A DNA stretch of 62,916 nucleotides, filler included, from Candidatus Woesearchaeota archaeon (GCA_002685855.1; 6 parts of 6 records of this genome joined end to end with filler, not necessarily neighbours in it), one strand, 5' to 3'; shown: positions 40,936 to 50,601, numbered from the whole stretch's first letter. Numbers and translations: made by a program. Notes: generated from the sequence alone by a model not told the origin.

Positions 40936-42039
40936 CTACTCAAACATCTCTGCTTTCAACTGTGTCTTAGCAGGAACATCCTCCTTCGCAGTCTTCCCAA
41001 CAATATTCCAATACTCCTTCGGAGCCATACCACCCTTCTCAGGACGCAACGCAGCAATCATCGTAGCCTGAATCTGTTCTCCCTTCCTGATATTCACCAT
41101 ACTAAACAGACTTCTCCGCATCACAAGCTTATTCTTCAGCTCAATCTCACTCGGTGTAATATCTGCATGCCCCAAAATCATCTCCTTAACAGCAGCATCC
41201 ATCTCAGAAACCTTCTGCTTACAACGATCAGTATCAGAAACAAGCTCAACAAACTCCTTAAACGACTCGGGCTCATGACTTGCCTTATGATCCGGACCCT
41301 CAGCATTTCGATCATAGGTTAAATGAGTCTCATACACAGGACAGGAATAGGCTGCCTCACAAAGTGCATACGCTTTCATACTTAACGTATGATCAGACAA
41401 CCCAATCACAAGATCAGGAAACTCCTTCTCCAACGTCTCAATCTTCCGCAAATTTGCATCTTCCTCCTTAGAAGGATACTCTGCATGACAGGCAAACAAC
41501 ACAATCTGATTATTCCCTGCCTTCTTCATACAATCAACCGCCTCCCTCACCTCCTCCAACGAAGCCATACCAATAGACATCAAAACAGGCTTCCCCTTTC
41601 GAGCAACATGATCCAGCAACGGTAAATTAGAAACATCACACGAAGCAATCTTATACGCAGCAACCCCTACCTCCTCCAACAGATCTGCACTCACCGGATC
41701 ATACGGAGTAGAAATAAACAGAATTCCTTTTTCATCACAATACTCCTTCAACAGATGGTGCTCCTGCTCACTTAACTGTTCATCATCTCTCAGCCGAGCA
41801 TACCAACTCTGCTCCTCCGGCGTATGCGCCTGATAGCCCGGCTTATCAATAGAAGGCAAACACAAATATCTTGGAATAAAACTCTGGAACTTCACCGCAT
41901 GCGCCTTGGCAGCCACAGCAGCATCGATCAACCGCTTCGCAATCTCCATATCTCTGTGATGGTTGACTCCTACCTCTGCTATGATGAAGGGTGTTCCATT
42001 GCCAATACAATATTCACCAATCTTAAATGATCCTACCAT
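40936..42039 (-). CDS. N-acetylneuraminate synthase (NeuB/PseI/LegI) family protein with SAF domain
   Basis: IIAEVGVNH, AVKFQ, KIASCD, GLSDHT, GPDH..S and RRSL motifs. Confidence 0.93.
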   Translation of the reverse strand: MVGSFKIGEYCIGNGTPFIIAEVGVNHHRDMEIAKRLIDAAVAAKAHAVKFQSFIPRYLCLPSIDKPGYQAHTPEEQSWYARLRDDEQLSEQEHHLLKEYCDEKGILFISTPYDPVSADLLEEVGVAAYKIASCDVSNLPLLDHVARKGKPVLMSIGMASLEEVREAVDCMKKAGNNQIVLFACHAEYPSKEEDANLRKIETLEKEFPDLVIGLSDHTLSMKAYALCEAAYSCPVYETHLTYDRNAEGPDHKASHEPESFKEFVELVSDTDRCKQKVSEMDAAVKEMILGHADITPSEIELKNKLVMRRSLFSMVNIRKGEQIQATMIAALRPEKGGMAPKEYWNIVGKTAKEDVPAKTQLKAEMFE

Positions 42040-42080
42040 GAGATCAGGGATGAAACATTTCTTTAAAAGGTTTTGGAAAT

Positions 42081-43508
42081 CTACTCTTTCTCGCCCATAC
42101 TCCCCAAATAGTGGCAGACAGACTTCATCCACCGCTCAGCCATTACAATATCCCACTTCTCATTCGGGCCATGATGACCATCATTAGCTAAAGAATGTGA
42201 CATCAACACCTGGGGAGCATCTGGGAACACCTTCTGAAACAGGCCGACAGAACCAATACTTCCACCAATCCCTGCATAAACAGGACGTTTTCCATGTGCA
42301 TGCTCAATTGCAGCAGCAGCCTTCTCAAACACAGGATGGCTCGTATCGATCGTAACCGCCTCAGCGACCTCATCAGGATCATACACAACCCTAATCTCAG
42401 GATGATACTTCTGAAGCTTTTCCTGAAGCTTATCTGCCATGTCTGTAGGATCCTGCCCGTTCACATACCTCATCGTAATATCCATACAAGCAGCACCCGG
42501 AATCGCGCTTCCAATATTCACTGGCCGTGTTCCATGACACTCCAAAGTGGGTCGCATCCACATCCGAGCTAATGCAGAAAATGATTGATTTGTAAAAGAC
42601 TCTCCAACACCTCCTTCATCGAGCTCCTTCTTTAAATCAAACTTCTCAGAAGTTGCTATCAAACTATTCTTTAACTCACCCTCAAGACGAGGAGTACCAT
42701 CACTAAACCCATACACCATAATCTCTCCAGTCAAAGGATTCTTGCACGTAGCATAGGCAGCATTAATCACCTCTTCAGGATTCACTGCTACTCCCCCCCA
42801 CAATCCAGAATGTAGACTCTTTTTATGAAGTTCTAATTCTATCCTTGCAGTAATGATTCCCCGAAGCGTTGTCGTCAACGTTGGTGTATCCCCAAAGAAC
42901 TTTGTATCCCCCACAAGAATAGAGGAAGGATTCTTAAGATATCCCTCTTGCTGTGCATGTTCCACAAGTTTATCAAAACCCGGCGAACCACTCTCCTCAC
43001 CTGTCTCGCACAAGAACTCAATATTCACAGGAAGACGATCATGCTCCAGAAGATACTTTATACCATGCATTGCAACAACAAAAGGACCCTTATCATCAGA
43101 GACACCTCTTCCAACAATGCGATCCTTAACAACCTGCATGTCAAACGGATCCTTCATCCCATACTCTTCTAAATGCCACTTTTCAGGCGGAGCAGGCATC
43201 ACATCCAGATGCGCATACAACAATACGGTGGGCAGGGATGGATCAACCTTAATCCTTCCAACAATCCCCGGACGATGGCTATCATTCTTCAATACATAGG
43301 AAGTAGCTCTCTCTCCAAAAATACTTTGTACCAAAGCAGCAGCAGTATCTACAACATCCTCAAGACCCTTATCGCGCTTTGCAACCTTCTCAGCATCATT
43401 TTCATCATCACAACTCGTAACACTTTTTACACCAATAATATCCTTAATATGTCCAATAATCTCATCTCTCTTAGAAGAAAAATATTCATCAACATCTTCC
43501 TGTACCAT
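42081..43508 (-). CDS. M20 family metallopeptidase (dipeptidase-like)
   Basis: YAHLDV, GRGVSDDKG, EESGS, HSG.WGG, GGSI and H.PNEK motifs. Confidence 0.92.
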   Translation of the reverse strand: MVQEDVDEYFSSKRDEIIGHIKDIIGVKSVTSCDDENDAEKVAKRDKGLEDVVDTAAALVQSIFGERATSYVLKNDSHRPGIVGRIKVDPSLPTVLLYAHLDVMPAPPEKWHLEEYGMKDPFDMQVVKDRIVGRGVSDDKGPFVVAMHGIKYLLEHDRLPVNIEFLCETGEESGSPGFDKLVEHAQQEGYLKNPSSILVGDTKFFGDTPTLTTTLRGIITARIELELHKKSLHSGLWGGVAVNPEEVINAAYATCKNPLTGEIMVYGFSDGTPRLEGELKNSLIATSEKFDLKKELDEGGVGESFTNQSFSALARMWMRPTLECHGTRPVNIGSAIPGAACMDITMRYVNGQDPTDMADKLQEKLQKYHPEIRVVYDPDEVAEAVTIDTSHPVFEKAAAAIEHAHGKRPVYAGIGGSIGSVGLFQKVFPDAPQVLMSHSLANDGHHGPNEKWDIVMAERWMKSVCHYLGSMGEKE

Positions 43509-43678
43509 GATACCACCTCATTAGTGTATAAAGAGGCAAATGGAAGGATATTATAAAACTGTCTTTTTCATATTTAAAACAAGCTCTCTTACCTATCAAC
43601 AAATCAAGCTGAAAACCCTATTTCTCTTCCAGAATCTCCCATAACTTTTTTAAATGCGGCATCTTCTCTTCTCTTTAC

Positions 43679-43783
43679 GGCGGATGTAGTATAACGGCTA
43701 GTATGCAGGTCTGTGGAACCTGAGGAGGGAGTTCGATTAACCGATACCAAGGTATCTGTTCGAAAGTCTCCCCTTCCGCCCCA
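43679..43783 (+). tRNA. tRNA-His(GTG) with encoded G-1 and CCA and a 29-nt intron at 59/60 (43738-43766)
   Basis: Anticodon arm CAGGT-CTGTGGA-ACCTG and T stem GGGAG/CTCCC. The BHB motif has central helix TTCG/CGAA with bulges ATT and AGT; splicing restores TTCGATT. Confidence 0.92.
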
Positions 43784-44026
43784 TTTTTTACTTCCTTTGT
43801 CTCCCTTGATTGTGATCTTGATATCAGGGACACCGACCCATCTGAAACAGATAGTATTGATAAATTTTAAGGGATTCTATGATTTATTTTCGATATGGTT
43901 AATAAATTCTGACTCTTCTTTCTAAAGCAATATATCTGAAAAGGATGATAAGCCCATTCCGCAATCAAATGGACTTAGAGAATATAAATTTCCTAAAAAC
44001 TTGGACGTGGAAATCAAGAAAGTGGC

Positions 44027-44548
44027 TTAATAGTTAACAAAACCAAGAAATATAATCCTGTTATTTGATTCATTAAATGTTCCTGCTATCCGTTCGCCAT
44101 TTGGACTATGCCAAACAATTTTTACTGGTTTCAAATCATCAAGCTGTTTCTCTTCAATAGCTAGATCTTCAATAATATATTTTTTATGTTTTTTAACTAA
44201 CCTATCTAAATCTTCTAAGAGAGGTGTATCTTGTCTACGCATATAGAAGATTCCGTTTTTTCCCCCACTAGAAAATCCTCTAAACCCATATTTTAATGTA
44301 ACTTCATATGCTTTCCTAACATGGTTTTCATCCCTTTTGTATAGATGTCTTTTTTCATCCCTTTTGTATTTTTCCATAAGTTCATCAGAAAATGTAAAAA
44401 AGATGTCTTGCTGGGTAATCTGGTTTATTGTTCTGGAGACAGGAACTGGGCGTTCATTTTCTAAGTATTCATCAATTGCATCCTCGAAAGAGCTTCCATT
44501 AGAATTCCTATGCGTATCAGGGGTAAAATAGTGATATTTTTTTTTCAT
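44027..44548 (-). CDS. Hypothetical AT-rich protein downstream of tRNA-His
   Basis: 173-aa ORF with composition unlike its neighbours. Confidence 0.65.
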   Translation of the reverse strand: MKKKYHYFTPDTHRNSNGSSFEDAIDEYLENERPVPVSRTINQITQQDIFFTFSDELMEKYKRDEKRHLYKRDENHVRKAYEVTLKYGFRGFSSGGKNGIFYMRRQDTPLLEDLDRLVKKHKKYIIEDLAIEEKQLDDLKPVKIVWHSPNGERIAGTFNESNNRIIFLGFVNY

Positions 44549-44766
44549 TTCATAAAAGGGAGTGCTTAAACCGTTTTAAATGTTACTATTCTGTAGTGCT
44601 CGTTTAAATTCTATTGTTTCAATATAGTAAATAATTCATTCAAACACCCCCCACCCACAAACAAACCTTTATAAACCCCCCATCACTCCCTCTAAAAAAA
44701 GCCCGAGTGAAGAGCGCAGAGGGCCTCATAGAGCTCTTTCTCTGGCATATAAGGTGAACAAGAAGA

Positions 44767-45231
44767 ATGGCAGAATTCAGACATATTGTACGCGTCGGAA
44801 ACACAGACCTCGATGGAAACAAGCCCCTTCTCATGGCACTCTGTAAAATAAAAGGAGTATCTTTAATGTTTGCTAACGCGGTCTGCTACGCAGCCCGGGT
44901 TCCAAAACAAGCCAAAACCGGCGAGCTCCCTGATACAGAGATCAAAAAGCTTGAGACCGTATTTCATAATCCAGAACAGGCAGGAATCCCAAAATGGCTC
45001 TACAACAGAAGAAAAGACTATGAAACAGGAGAAGACGTCCACCTCACAAGTTCTGACCTTGACTTCACAAAACAAAACGACATAAAACGATTACAACGGA
45101 TTAAATCATATAGAGGACTCCGACTACAATGGCGACTTCCTGTCCGCGGCCAACGCACAAAATCAAACTTCAGAAAAAACAAAGGAAAAGGCCAGGTAAA
45201 AACCAAAAAGAAAACAACTGTGAGAAAGTAA
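44767..45231 (+). CDS. rps13: 30S ribosomal protein uS13
   Basis: FRHIVRV..TDLDG, NRRKD.ETG and LPVRGQRTKSN. Confidence 0.97.
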   Translation: MAEFRHIVRVGNTDLDGNKPLLMALCKIKGVSLMFANAVCYAARVPKQAKTGELPDTEIKKLETVFHNPEQAGIPKWLYNRRKDYETGEDVHLTSSDLDFTKQNDIKRLQRIKSYRGLRLQWRLPVRGQRTKSNFRKNKGKGQVKTKKKTTVRK

Positions 45232-45232
45232 G

Positions 45233-46129
45233 ATGGGAGACCCAAGAAAAACCAGGAAAAAGTATGAAACCCCCAAGCACCCTTGGAACAAGGCAAGAAT
45301 AGATTCAGAAAAAGCCCTTGTAAAAGAGTACGGATTCCGCAGAAAAAAAGAAATCTACAAAATGGGCAGTCTTTTGAAAGCCTACAAAGACCGAGCAAAA
45401 GATCTCATTCCCAAACAAAGCGTACAAGCAGACCTTCTCAGAAACCAACTTCGATCAAAACTCATAACACTCGGACTCATATCAGAAGAATCCCAAATAT
45501 CAGAAATCTTAGGTATTGAAATAGAAGAACTCATGAATCGAAGACTCGACTCCATCTTAGTAAAAAAAGGACTTGCACGATCACCCTTACAAGCACGACA
45601 ATTCATCACACACGGACACGTCCTAGTTTCAGAAAAACCCATTACAAGTCCCTGCTATCTCGTATCAACAGAACAAGAATCTCAAGTAATCTTTCGCGCA
45701 CGATCATCTCTTTACAGCATGGATCATCCAGAACGAATGCAGCCAGAAGAGATCGCAAAAAGAATAGAAGAAAAAGAGAACGAAGAGAAACAAGCAGCAT
45801 CTTCAGAAAAAGATCAGAAAAAATCCTCTTATCCTAAGAAAAGATATCAGAAAAAAACAACTCATCCTAAGAAAGCAGAAACAAAAGAGATCAAATCAAA
45901 AGAAGTTGTAGCCCAAGAAGAAATTCCTGTAACCGTAGAAGAGATCAAAGCAAAACAGGAAGAAGCAGAACAGCATAAAACCCACACAGTAGAAACAGAA
46001 GTAAAAGAAGAACTCGAAAAAGAAACAGAAAAAGGAATAAAGGAAGAGATCGAAAAAGAAGAAGGAAAACGAGTAAACACCCCACCTGAAAAAGAAAATC
46101 CTAAAGAGGTGAACGAAGATGCTGCGTAA
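45233..46129 (+). CDS. rps4: 30S ribosomal protein uS4 with long charged C-terminal extension
   Basis: MGDPRK.RKKYETP.HPW, RRLDS and [10 protein letters not shown]. Confidence 0.96.
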   Translation: MGDPRKTRKKYETPKHPWNKARIDSEKALVKEYGFRRKKEIYKMGSLLKAYKDRAKDLIPKQSVQADLLRNQLRSKLITLGLISEESQISEILGIEIEELMNRRLDSILVKKGLARSPLQARQFITHGHVLVSEKPITSPCYLVSTEQESQVIFRARSSLYSMDHPERMQPEEIAKRIEEKENEEKQAASSEKDQKKSSYPKKRYQKKTTHPKKAETKEIKSKEVVAQEEIPVTVEEIKAKQEEAEQHKTHTVETEVKEELEKETEKGIKEEIEKEEGKRVNTPPEKENPKEVNEDAA

Positions 46130-46523
46130 AGACGAACCACAACGATGGGGAATCTGCCATATCTATGCCTCATACAATAATACTATTATCCACATCACAG
46201 ATATCACAGGCACAGAAACAATCGCAAGAACATCAGGCGGACAAGTAGTAAAACAACACCGCCTGGAAAGCAGCCCAAACGCAGCAATGAATGCCGCAAA
46301 AAAAGCCGGTGAAATCGCACGCGACAAAGGAGTCAACGCATTCCATGTAAAGATCAAAGCACCCGGCGGACAAAACGGTCCAAACAATCCGGGACCAGGA
46401 GCACAAGCAGCAGTACGCGCACTCTCAAGAATGGGATTCAAAATTGGAATAATTGAAGATGTCACACCTCTTCCCCACGACGGATGTAGAAAAAAAGGTG
46501 GACGAAGGGGAAGGAGGGTATAA
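46119..46523 (+). CDS. rps11: 30S ribosomal protein uS11
   Basis: [17 protein letters not shown] and [19 protein letters not shown]. Confidence 0.98.
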   Translation: MLRKDEPQRWGICHIYASYNNTIIHITDITGTETIARTSGGQVVKQHRLESSPNAAMNAAKKAGEIARDKGVNAFHVKIKAPGGQNGPNNPGPGAQAAVRALSRMGFKIGIIEDVTPLPHDGCRKKGGRRGRRV

Positions 46524-47303
46524 ATGAAACTTGAACTACTCAACAAAAAAGGCGAAGAACTCAACGTCCTTGTAAAAGGAGCAAACCCCATGTATATGAA
46601 CACCCTACGACGTGCAATGATCTCAGAAGTTCCTGTTATGGCAATTGAAAAGCTCGAGATCAGAAAAAACTCTTCTGCACTCTATGATGAAATTGTCGGA
46701 CACAGACTTGGCCTTCTCTCCCTCAAAACAGATCTTAAAACCTATTCAGAAAAAACAACGTGTAAATGCAAAGGAGCAGGATGTGCATCCTGCGAACTCG
46801 TCATGACACTTCAAGCAAAAGGTCCCTGCATAATCTATGCCTCAGATATTAAAAGCAAAGATCCCAAAGTAGTCCCAACCTACCCAAAAACACCCATTGT
46901 CAAACTCCTGGAAAACCAGGAAGTAGAGATAGAGATGACCGCAGTCCTTGGACGCGGCAAGGAACACACAAAATGGAGTCCCTGCCTTTCCTACTATCGC
47001 CTCTTCCCAAAGATAAGTGCCAAAGATGCACCCAACAGAGACGCAATAGTAGAAAGCTGCCCCGTAGACATCTTTGAACTCAAATCAGGAAAACTCACAG
47101 TCAATGACAAAAAAATTAAGGAATGCATCCTCTGCAATGCCTGCACAGAAACTTCAGACACAGTAAAAGTTGAAACAAAGGATGAATACCTCCTCACAAT
47201 CGAAAGCTTCGGACAACTATCCCCTAAAGATATACTTGAAAACGCAATCGAACAGCTCAACCAACAATTTGACGAAGTAGGAAAACTGGTAAAAGCTGCA
47301 TAA
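46524..47303 (+). CDS. rpoD: RNA polymerase subunit D (Rpo3)
   Basis: NTLRRAMISEVP, NSSALYDE...HRLGL, H.KW.P and a ferredoxin-like CP...CILCNAC. Confidence 0.96.
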   Translation: MKLELLNKKGEELNVLVKGANPMYMNTLRRAMISEVPVMAIEKLEIRKNSSALYDEIVGHRLGLLSLKTDLKTYSEKTTCKCKGAGCASCELVMTLQAKGPCIIYASDIKSKDPKVVPTYPKTPIVKLLENQEVEIEMTAVLGRGKEHTKWSPCLSYYRLFPKISAKDAPNRDAIVESCPVDIFELKSGKLTVNDKKIKECILCNACTETSDTVKVETKDEYLLTIESFGQLSPKDILENAIEQLNQQFDEVGKLVKAA

Positions 47304-47311
47304 AACAAAAA

Positions 47312-48163
47312 ATGAAGAAAAATAAATATGTTGCGGAAATTGTAGGTCTTAGTTTTGGTGATGGGAGCCTTACCTTTAGAAAGAACGGATCATTGAGGTA
47401 TCAACTTAGGGGTCATGTCGAAGAAAAAGTTTTTTATGACAAACATATTATTCCGCTTTTTGAGAAAAATATTGGGAAGGTAAATATCACGCATTATACT
47501 GGGAAGAAACCATATTATGGGATTTGTTCTGAAAATCAATACCTCTGTTTAGGTCTTAAATCTCTTGGAATACCTGTAGGTCCAAAGAAGGATCTAAAAA
47601 TTCCTGCGTGGATTAAATCTGATGAATCTTTTCTAAAAATGTTTCTTAGAGGTTTATTCGATACTGATGGAAGTTTGTTTTGTGGTAAAGATTATAACTA
47701 TTCTGAAAAGAAACACATTAAATTAAGAATGAGTCTAGCAAGCACTTCTTACAACCTGATTAAGGAAGTCAGTCTTTCTCTAAAGAGACTAGGCATACAT
47801 AATTTAATAATTAAACCTTACAAACAGAAGAAGAAAAACTGGAAAGATCTAAACAAAATTCAAATTGATGGCCCTAATGTTCAAGATTTTTTAAATAATA
47901 TTTCCTTGAAAAACTTCAAACATCTTTCAAAATATAAAATTTGGAAACATTTCGGTTTTTGTCCTCCACATACAAGTCTTAAACAAAGAGAAAGGATTTT
48001 AAGATCTTCAAAATATTCCTGTTCGAAATTTCCATTTATTTGTTTTGATACTGCGAGGGTGGCAGAGCCTGGTCAAAAAATTAGAGGTGAAAATCTTCTT
48101 TTTTTGACTAAATGCGCAAGTCCAATGTATTTGGAGCGTAAGGTTGAGGGCCTTGTCCCTTAG
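47312..48163 (+). CDS. Free-standing double-motif LAGLIDADG homing endonuclease; ORF overlaps tRNA-Leu
   Basis: Motifs VAEIVGLSFGDGSL and FLRGLFDTDGS; no intein splicing residues; T-rich compared with flanking genes. Confidence 0.9.
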   Translation: MKKNKYVAEIVGLSFGDGSLTFRKNGSLRYQLRGHVEEKVFYDKHIIPLFEKNIGKVNITHYTGKKPYYGICSENQYLCLGLKSLGIPVGPKKDLKIPAWIKSDESFLKMFLRGLFDTDGSLFCGKDYNYSEKKHIKLRMSLASTSYNLIKEVSLSLKRLGIHNLIIKPYKQKKKNWKDLNKIQIDGPNVQDFLNNISLKNFKHLSKYKIWKHFGFCPPHTSLKQRERILRSSKYSCSKFPFICFDTARVAEPGQKIRGENLLFLTKCASPMYLERKVEGLVP

Positions 48164-48195
48164 TGGGTGCGCGTGTTCGAATCACGTCCCTCGCA
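48053..48195 (+). tRNA. tRNA-Leu(GAG) with two introns: 21/22 (48077-48111) and 29/30 (48120-48141)
   Basis: Acceptor GCGAGGG/CCCTCGC. The spliced product gives D arm GCAGAGCCTGGTCAAATGC, anticodon arm CAAGG-TTGAGGG-CCTTG, a long variable arm and T arm GCGTG-TTCGAAT-CACGT. Confidence 0.9.
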
Positions 48196-48228
48196 TCATA
48201 CTACTATGAAAAAAATTCACAAAAACAA

Positions 48229-48328
48229 NNNNNNNNNNNNNNNNNNNNNNNNNNNNNNNNNNNNNNNNNNNNTTAATTAATTAANNNNNNNNNNNNNNNN
48301 NNNNNNNNNNNNNNNNNNNNNNNNNNNN
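48229..48328. other. Artificial contig spacer
   Basis: N-run with TTAATTAATTAA. Confidence 0.99.
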
Positions 48329-48370
48329 CCCCTGAAAAATTTTTCTATCTACCCCAAAAAACAGCCTGAT

Positions 48371-48402
48371 CTGCGGACTAAACTCCGCAGTTCTCTTTTT
48401 TT
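48371..48402 (+). terminator. Hairpin plus T tract
   Basis: CTGCGGA-CTAAAC-TCCGCAG followed by TTCTCTTTTTTT. Confidence 0.55.
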
Positions 48403-49037
48403 ACAGTAGAGATATTGGATATACCGCTTATGTTAAGAGGGGAGCGAGTGGAGGAGGCAGCCTTCATGGTTGGAACGGGGGAGTAACATTTATTGAAGAG
48501 TTTGGTTCGGATGAAGAAGATGCATTCAAGAACTATGTGGAGAGAATGTCGGGAGAAGGAGATGTTGGACGATGGATGCGCAGGTTACAACCTTGCTTTC
48601 TTGCACAGTTTTATGATAAAAGAATCTTATTTACTCATGCAGATGTTCCTATAGATGCAGGTAGTCATTCGAAGATCAGGGAGTTCACAAGAGAGTTTGC
48701 AAAACATATGTCTACGGATACGGCTGTATTTGGGGGAACACAAATAAAGTATGGAGACCGACAGTTGATACGCGGGGACACTATTTTTTGGGAACGGCGT
48801 TTTGAAGAGTTAGGTCAGAACGAGGTTGATGGTTTAGTCGAAGAATTGGGGGTGGATTATTTAGTTGTGGGTCATACACCTCATGAAAGAATTACCTCCT
48901 TTTTTGGAAAGATCTTTGATATCGACGTTGGAATGACACCACGATATGGCGAAGGTGAACCTGCTGCAATCGTTTTTAATAGAGATGGAGTGCGCGGTTT
49001 CTATGCAGATGGTGGAGAGACTCGAATAGATGAGTAG
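48402..49037 (+). pseudogene. Metallophosphoesterase C-terminal fragment (Shewanella-like phosphatase type)
   Basis: LFTHAD, VVGHTP and IDVGM motifs present. N-terminal DxH/GD/GNH motifs are absent and there is an in-frame stop at 48333. Confidence 0.65.
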
Positions 49038-49115
49038 GGGAGAAGGAGATTTAGGTTCTAATTTCATAATAATTTAAATATGATCACTGTTTTCTGTTGA
49101 ATCCTGGAACGATTA

Positions 49116-49565
49116 ATGGACCAATTGCGGATTGAAGGGCTTGAGGTTCAGCGGTATGCGCCTGATCCACAGCCCAGAGTAAAGACGCCGATGCGCATGT
49201 TGGAAACGTTAGATGTAAATTCTCCTCCTGTTGATAAAAAGGAGCTACGGGGAGGAGGACCACCTTTTCGAAAAAAAGGAATTGGAGTTAGTGGATCAGC
49301 CACACCTGAAGAACATGCTGTATTTTTTGCTTCAGTCGCATCCCCTTCACCATCAAAACCAAGAGATGTTGAGATTCTTGAAGGTATTCTTACAGAAGCG
49401 TATGATGCAGAGGTTGAGATCACACACATTGAAGATCTTCCTTTGTCCAGGAAACCGGTTCGTCAGGTCTACTTTGTGATGAACGATCTGCAGAGTCAGG
49501 TATGGGTGTTCAAAGCAGATCCTGTGCAGACCTTATTCAGGGTATGCCTTTTTCACAACATCTGA
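49116..49565 (+). CDS. Hypothetical protein, likely 3'-truncated
   Basis: ORF runs into the antisense strand of the tyrS 3' end. Confidence 0.45.
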   Translation: MDQLRIEGLEVQRYAPDPQPRVKTPMRMLETLDVNSPPVDKKELRGGGPPFRKKGIGVSGSATPEEHAVFFASVASPSPSKPRDVEILEGILTEAYDAEVEITHIEDLPLSRKPVRQVYFVMNDLQSQVWVFKADPVQTLFRVCLFHNI

Positions 49566-50549
49566 TCCTTCAAATGCTTTGCGTACAGGTTGAAGGAGGA
49601 TGTTTACCTCTTTTGCTAGGCATGCTTTGAGGTCCATGGGGTGGAGCTTTTTTTCGGCAAAGTCTTTTTCCAGGGCTTCATAGGAGTCATAGGTAAGGTT
49701 ACCGCCAAACTTTTCCGGGCGTTCGATGGTTATTGTTTCTTTTTTGAGGGGAAAGAGGACGTGTTTGAAGAATACTAATACGCCGTTCTCTTCTACTACT
49801 CCTTCTTCGCAGAAGGCTTTTTTTGCTTTTTTTAGTACTTCTTCTTCTGATTCAAGGATTCCTATTTTGGAGCTTGCATCGGATGCTGACATCTTTCCTC
49901 CGGATAGTCCAGGTAGTAAGGGTGTGAAGACTGAAAGCAGGGTTCTTCCTTTGAGTTTGGGAAGAAGTTCTCTTCCTAGCATGTAGATTCCTCTTTGGTC
50001 GACGCCTCCGTAGCTGACATCTGCATTGAGGTAGATAGGATCCAGGATCTGCATGAGTGGATAGACAAAACCGCCGAGTTTGGGGTCCTCTTTGAAGCGG
50101 ACTACCTCTGATGCTGCTCGTTTGCTTCTGTTTACTGTGACTTCACCACAGAGATGGAGGGTGTCGAGCTGGTATTCCTTTTTGAGTTGGAAGGTTGAGC
50201 CTTGGACAAAGGTGATGTTTGTTGTATCAACACCTACTGCTTTGAGCATGGCCATTGTTGCCTTTTTGTAGTATTCTGTTCTGTGTTGGAGGAGGTTCCA
50301 GGGGCATTTCATGTCGTCGAGAAATGCGTGGAGGTCTGCGATGAGGAAGGTGAACTTGAATCCTGCTTCTATGAAATCCTTGACCTTCATGAGGGGAAAG
50401 AAATGGCCAATGTGAAGCTGTCCTGTTGGTGCATAGCCTATGTAGGCGACGGGATGCTCTTTTTCCTTAATAAGCTGGAGGAGTTCGTCTTCCTGGACGA
50501 CTTCGAGGGTGTTTCTTTTTATGAGTTCGAGTTTCTCTTCTGGTGTCAT
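49533..50549 (-). CDS. tyrS: Tyrosyl-tRNA synthetase, archaeal type
   Basis: YIGYAPTG.LHIGH, ADLHA, YPLMQ..D, GGVDQ, KMSAS and LHPMDLK. Confidence 0.97.
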   Translation of the reverse strand: MTPEEKLELIKRNTLEVVQEDELLQLIKEKEHPVAYIGYAPTGQLHIGHFFPLMKVKDFIEAGFKFTFLIADLHAFLDDMKCPWNLLQHRTEYYKKATMAMLKAVGVDTTNITFVQGSTFQLKKEYQLDTLHLCGEVTVNRSKRAASEVVRFKEDPKLGGFVYPLMQILDPIYLNADVSYGGVDQRGIYMLGRELLPKLKGRTLLSVFTPLLPGLSGGKMSASDASSKIGILESEEEVLKKAKKAFCEEGVVEENGVLVFFKHVLFPLKKETITIERPEKFGGNLTYDSYEALEKDFAEKKLHPMDLKACLAKEVNILLQPVRKAFEGSDVVKKAYPE

Positions 50550-50601
50550 GGTTTGAGAAGGATGAGGGGGGATATATATGTGTTTCTGTTAGATACAGCG
50601 G

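Noticed and set aside
47312..48052. LAGLIDADG as part of an intein or intron in rpoD
   Set aside because: rpoD ends normally at 47303, there are no Hint motifs, and no 5' tRNA exon was found upstream of the ORF.
48206..48228. Start of rpl18e after tRNA-Leu
   Set aside because: It fits the expected gene order, but only seven codons precede the contig end, too little to call.
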